A stretch of 62,912 bases of DNA, counting the filler, from Pelomyxa schiedti (Eukaryota; Protista; Evosea), in NCBI GenBank assembly GCA_020536535.1. It is 9 parts of 9 records of this genome, joined end to end, with 100 filler letters (N's around TTAATTAATTAA, not from the genome) between each part and the next. Parts side by side here need not be neighbours in the genome. Positions count along the whole stretch, not along the records: positions 59,319 to 60,577 come from JAHLWZ010002645.1; positions 60,678 to 61,734 come from JAHLWZ010002913.1; positions 61,835 to 62,912 come from JAHLWZ010002876.1; 6 more parts are not named here. One strand, written 5' to 3'. Numbering within the stretch: position 1 is the first letter of the stretch; each line of letters opens with the position of its first letter. A program made the translations under genes and the position numbers. The notes below the pieces were generated by a model, which ran no database searches, was not told the DNA's origin, and worked only from the letters and a program-made list of their open reading frames with translations. Of the stretch, positions 59,319 to 62,912 are shown piece by piece.

Positions 59319-60536
59319 GGGTCCTACTGTTCTGGGGAAATTAACAGGCACAGCAAAGATTCGTTTATCTGTGGATCGTACCTTCCTAGCAGACCATTCC
59401 GAGTGCCAGAGGTATTGGTGTGTGGGGTGACTCACATCAGATGCCATGTATACCTTTGCGAATTTGTCCCCTGCTGAATCTTGGTGCAACACCGCAAAGT
59501 GTCCAGGTGAGATGGAGTGCATCCAATTCGCATTGGGGAACAGTGTCTTCTCTCTGGTCTTGGTGTTGTATACGCCGGCGCCAGAATCAGCACGGTTCAT
59601 TGTGAGGATAGTGTCAGGAGCAGCCCAAATGAAGTCAAACACCCAATCTTCTGGAAGTCGGAGAGAGTTGGTAATAACCACCACCCCCGCTTCAATGCTC
59701 TTAACAAGGTCAACAAAATAAAGGCAGGGGTCAGAGAAGTAGTGCTCATTCCCATCAGAAAAAACAAGCTCGTCTCCAGAAGGATTGAAAGGTGAGAACA
59801 TTGAGCCAAAGCACTTTATCGTTACCTCGGAGTTCAAACAAAGGCCGTCACCAACAGGGAGAGCCCTTTCAACGTCCATCCTCCACACAGTGAGCATGTG
59901 TTCATGCTCAACAAGAACCAGCCACTTGTTATTCCTCACCCAGAATCCCCCGGAAATATAAATCCAAGAAGGAGGGTCACGCCGTTTCAACTCAACAACT
60001 CGGGGCAGTGAAACAGCTGAATCCAACCTGGGATTGGCACTCCAATTCCCACCGCAACCACACGACCCAACGTCGATCACGCAGCCGGTCCTCTTGTTGT
60101 ATTTGCCCTTCATCAGGAACATCCCATCGGCTCCAAGTGGCATCTCAACCACCCAGTTGCCTCCGATTATCGGCGTCGTGCATGTCCAGCACTTGCACCA
60201 CACGACTCCCAGAGTCGCGCTCAGGCCCATAATCACCGCCACCCTGGTCGAGTAGATCCACAAGTCCTCGCTTTCGCCGGCGGGATCACCACGCTTGACG
60301 GCGAGGGTCGCGCCAACCTGCCTCGCGCACCCGGCGACCCACTGCCGGCCGAATTCGGCCAACAGCGCGGGGTTCCCGTCCGCGAGGGAACGAGCCGCCG
60401 GGCTGCTCCTCGCGCACCTTTCTATGGACGCGCATGCGAACGCAACGAACTGCGATCGTGCGTCGACGACGGGGTCGATAGTGGCGCTAACCACAATCTT
60501 CTGCATCCTGGTTGATTCACCTGTGGTGATTCTCAT
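59319..60536 (-). CDS. Intronless family member H (3' end cut by contig end)
   Basis: ARSQFVAF, ERCARSSP, FGRQWV, LSATLGVV, NNKWLV, FVDLVKS. Confidence 0.85.
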
Positions 60537-60777
60537 CTTTGGATCTGATTGTCGGAAAAAAAAAAAGACAACCGACGNNNNNNNNNNNNNNNNNNNNNNN
60601 NNNNNNNNNNNNNNNNNNNNNTTAATTAATTAANNNNNNNNNNNNNNNNNNNNNNNNNNNNNNNNNNNNNNNNNNNNTCATGCGCACCGACGCCTGGAAA
60701 ATGCGGGGAAACACTTTTTTAACCTGTTTAACACTCTGTGGGACCTCTGGTTGGAGTTTTTGACTGCAGGATGCAAA

Positions 60778-60877
60778 GTGTAAAATGACCGCCCCGGGTC
60801 ATTTTACACAGGAAATGATAGGTGACCGCCCTAAATGACAGCATGTGGTTTTTCCTCTATGTAAAATGACCGCCCCT
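60778..60877. repeat. Perfect 13-bp inverted repeat plus direct copies of TGTAAAATGACCGCCCC (MITE or transposon-end-like)
   Basis: GTGTAAAATGACC-gccccg-GGTCATTTTACAC at 60778-60809; TGACCGCCC at ~60823; TGTAAAATGACCGCCCC at ~60860. Confidence 0.6.
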
Positions 60878-61127
60878 GGGCTCCAGATATGCCCCTCCTC
60901 TTATGGAGTCGTATCTACGATTGTTTCTTTCTTTCACCTTTGATTGTTTCTACTCACAATTTTTTGTCCTACGCTCACCGCAGCGACTCCTTTATCTCGT
61001 TTCTTCACCTCAGTGTAGTGAGTGGGGTGGATGAGTGAGTCATTTCGGTCCCCACTGGTCTGCAAAGATTTTAGGGGTGGTATACCCACGAGACGACGTG
61101 TCGCACCAAGCCTGTGCACAGGCCATC

Positions 61128-61483
61128 ATGACAAGTGTGTTTCAGGTCGGGCCTGTTGATGTGTTGGTCAGCACCACCGTCCGAGACCAGATGGGCGCCC
61201 TGGCCGCGGCGGCCACGATCGGGCGGTGCGGGGCGGGGAGCCCCATGGTGGCCGCCATGGGCCGCGGCCACGCCGCCTGTCTCGTCCGCTCCCTGTGGTC
61301 CGACCTCGTCCGCCCCACCCTGCGCGCCTGTTTTTGGTCGACGTGACCGGGGTGTGCCGGCAGGGACCAGACACCGCCCGCAGGGTGCCCCAAGGCGCCT
61401 CCTTCCGGCTCTCCCCGCTGCTCCTGGGCGTAGCACAAACAGTTGAATGGGAACCTCGTTTCTGCTGGCGGGACTTCCGAAAT
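61128..61483 (+). pseudogene. 5' fragment of an intronless family member, frameshifted and truncated at the tRNA gene
   Basis: VRDQMGAL, GRCGAGSP, LWSDLV; FRLSPLLLGV after a frameshift in the T-run at ~61331. Confidence 0.7.
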
Positions 61484-61573
61484 GCTCTGGTAGCTCAGTT
61501 GGTTAGAGCGCGGTACTTATAAGAACAGTATTGAGTCATGCTGAGGTCGTGGGTTCGATCCCCACCCGGAGCA
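61484..61573 (+). tRNA. tRNA-Ile(UAU) with a 16-nt canonical intron (61522-61537)
   Basis: GCTCTGG/CCGGAGC acceptor, GCTC/GAGC D-stem, CGGTA-CTTATA[intron]A-TGCTG, GTGGG-TTCGATC-CCCAC, then a T-run terminator. Confidence 0.95.
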
Positions 61574-62912
61574 TAATTTTTTGTGGAGTTCGGTGGTGGT
61601 GTTCAAAATGTTTGATTCTCTATTCACGGTTGATTATGAATCAATGCGGGATCAATGAGACACAGATAAGACAGTATCAACAGCCTGCTATGAGCATGAA
61701 TGGTTGATACGAGAAGAGAAGAAAAACCAGTTCGNNNNNNNNNNNNNNNNNNNNNNNNNNNNNNNNNNNNNNNNNNNNTTAATTAATTAANNNNNNNNNN
61801 NNNNNNNNNNNNNNNNNNNNNNNNNNNNNNNNNNGGTCACTTGGGGCCGAGAAAACCAATGAGGGAGGTACAGGTGTTTTGTAACTTTAATACCACCCAA
61901 ATAACACATAATCCACAGTCACCACAGGGTGGATTACTCTCACTCTGCACTGTACCACACTGTCTAGTGACGATATCCCTCCTTTTCGAGGTCCGTCCCA
62001 GTTCGCTCTATCCCCTCAGTGGTCTATTTTTAGGTTTGTCAGAATTCAGCCGATCAATTGAGTTGTCTCTCATAGCAGGCATGCCTCCCCACTTTTATTC
62101 CTCAGTCTTATGTGTAGCGCCGGTATCACCCCCAATGTTTCTCAGAGTGCCGCCACAGGTCCGTCCCCCTGTTCCATCTACTTTCTCCCATGTGTACTTC
62201 AATCTCAACGTTGAAATTCGATCTGATCTGGATTTGTCAGCGGCAATAACTCTCAGGTCTCCAGCGACCCTTTTCCCGCAATTTTTATTGTTGTGCTTAG
62301 ATTACATTGGTGATCATTGAGAGCACGGCCTAAATCCTACGGTTCAAATATTCTTCGTGTTTAGTTTATGCTTACTCGTAAACAGCAAAGCAACGAATGA
62401 TTGTCGTGTTCTCATTTCTTCCTGTATTATGTTTGGATGGTGGACAACAACACAAGATATTATCATCTCTTCCTCCTATCAAGGTTTGTAACCTTGTTGT
62501 TGCTTCATCTCAAGATTTCTCACAGATTAGAGTGACGTTGGGGGTTGTTGTTGTTGACTGCTCGAACCCCGAGATCTACAAGGATTTATCGACAAGAATT
62601 TCAAGATCATCCATCCATCCATCAACAACTCGACACCACACACACACACAAAGGAATGCGGTGCATTTCCCTACCCGCGTGAGTGAGCCGTATCGCCGGC
62701 GGGGTGATGATCCCACCTTGTCACATCCGGCCTTGAGCAAGCCGGTGCGGTGAGGTGGCACCGTCTCACCGGTTTAAGGTGTGACTCGCCCGCGTGAGCA
62801 GGAGGTGTGACCTCGCCCTGTCGCAGGCTCAGACAGTCACCACGCTTTGCTGATGCTAAGTAAATCATTGTGACTTGTGTTCTCTCCGGCTCAGATACAC
62901 CAAGAGTGCTGG

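Noticed and set aside
61835-62400. 159-aa ORF or possible decayed retroelement
   Set aside because: No recognisable motif on either strand.
62588-62860. U3 snoRNA (GAC...TTTCAAGATCAT, GAGTGA, TGATGA, CTGA)
   Set aside because: Box A' and C' do not match and the pairing pattern is inconsistent with U3; kept only as an unassigned structured candidate.

Overview
Gene-dense, intron-rich eukaryotic DNA with short (mostly ~40-80 nt) spliceosomal introns and the standard genetic code. Gene content and style suggest an amoebozoan protist, possibly an archamoeba such as Pelomyxa; this is inference and was not database-checked. The window is not one locus: nine contigs are concatenated by eight N-TTAATTAATTAA-N linkers, with six additional 100-N scaffold gaps. 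Recognisable genes are three divergent importin-alpha paralogs, a UHRF1-like UBL-PHD-SRA-RING gene, an F-box/WD40 gene, LRMDA-like LRR, calmodulin-like, ALG2, DDX52/ROK1, a GH43 hydrolase, a metallophosphoesterase, a TKL kinase, several divergent Ras-superfamily GTPases, tRNA-Ile(UAU) with intron, and a U33/snR55-like C/D snoRNA. The strongest novelty candidates are: (1) a tRNA-shaped Pol III gene with a ~65-nt hairpin grafted into its D-loop and a non-canonical anticodon loop; (2) a pervasive, fast-evolving family of intronless ~380-490 aa genes (about 14 copies or relics on six contigs) with an N-terminal F-box/SOCS-like motif and a beta-rich body; (3) F-box-small GTPase fusion proteins ending in CaaX motifs, including an ankyrin-F-box-pseudoRab; (4) repeated head-to-head pairing of IBB-less importin-alpha with members of the intronless family.
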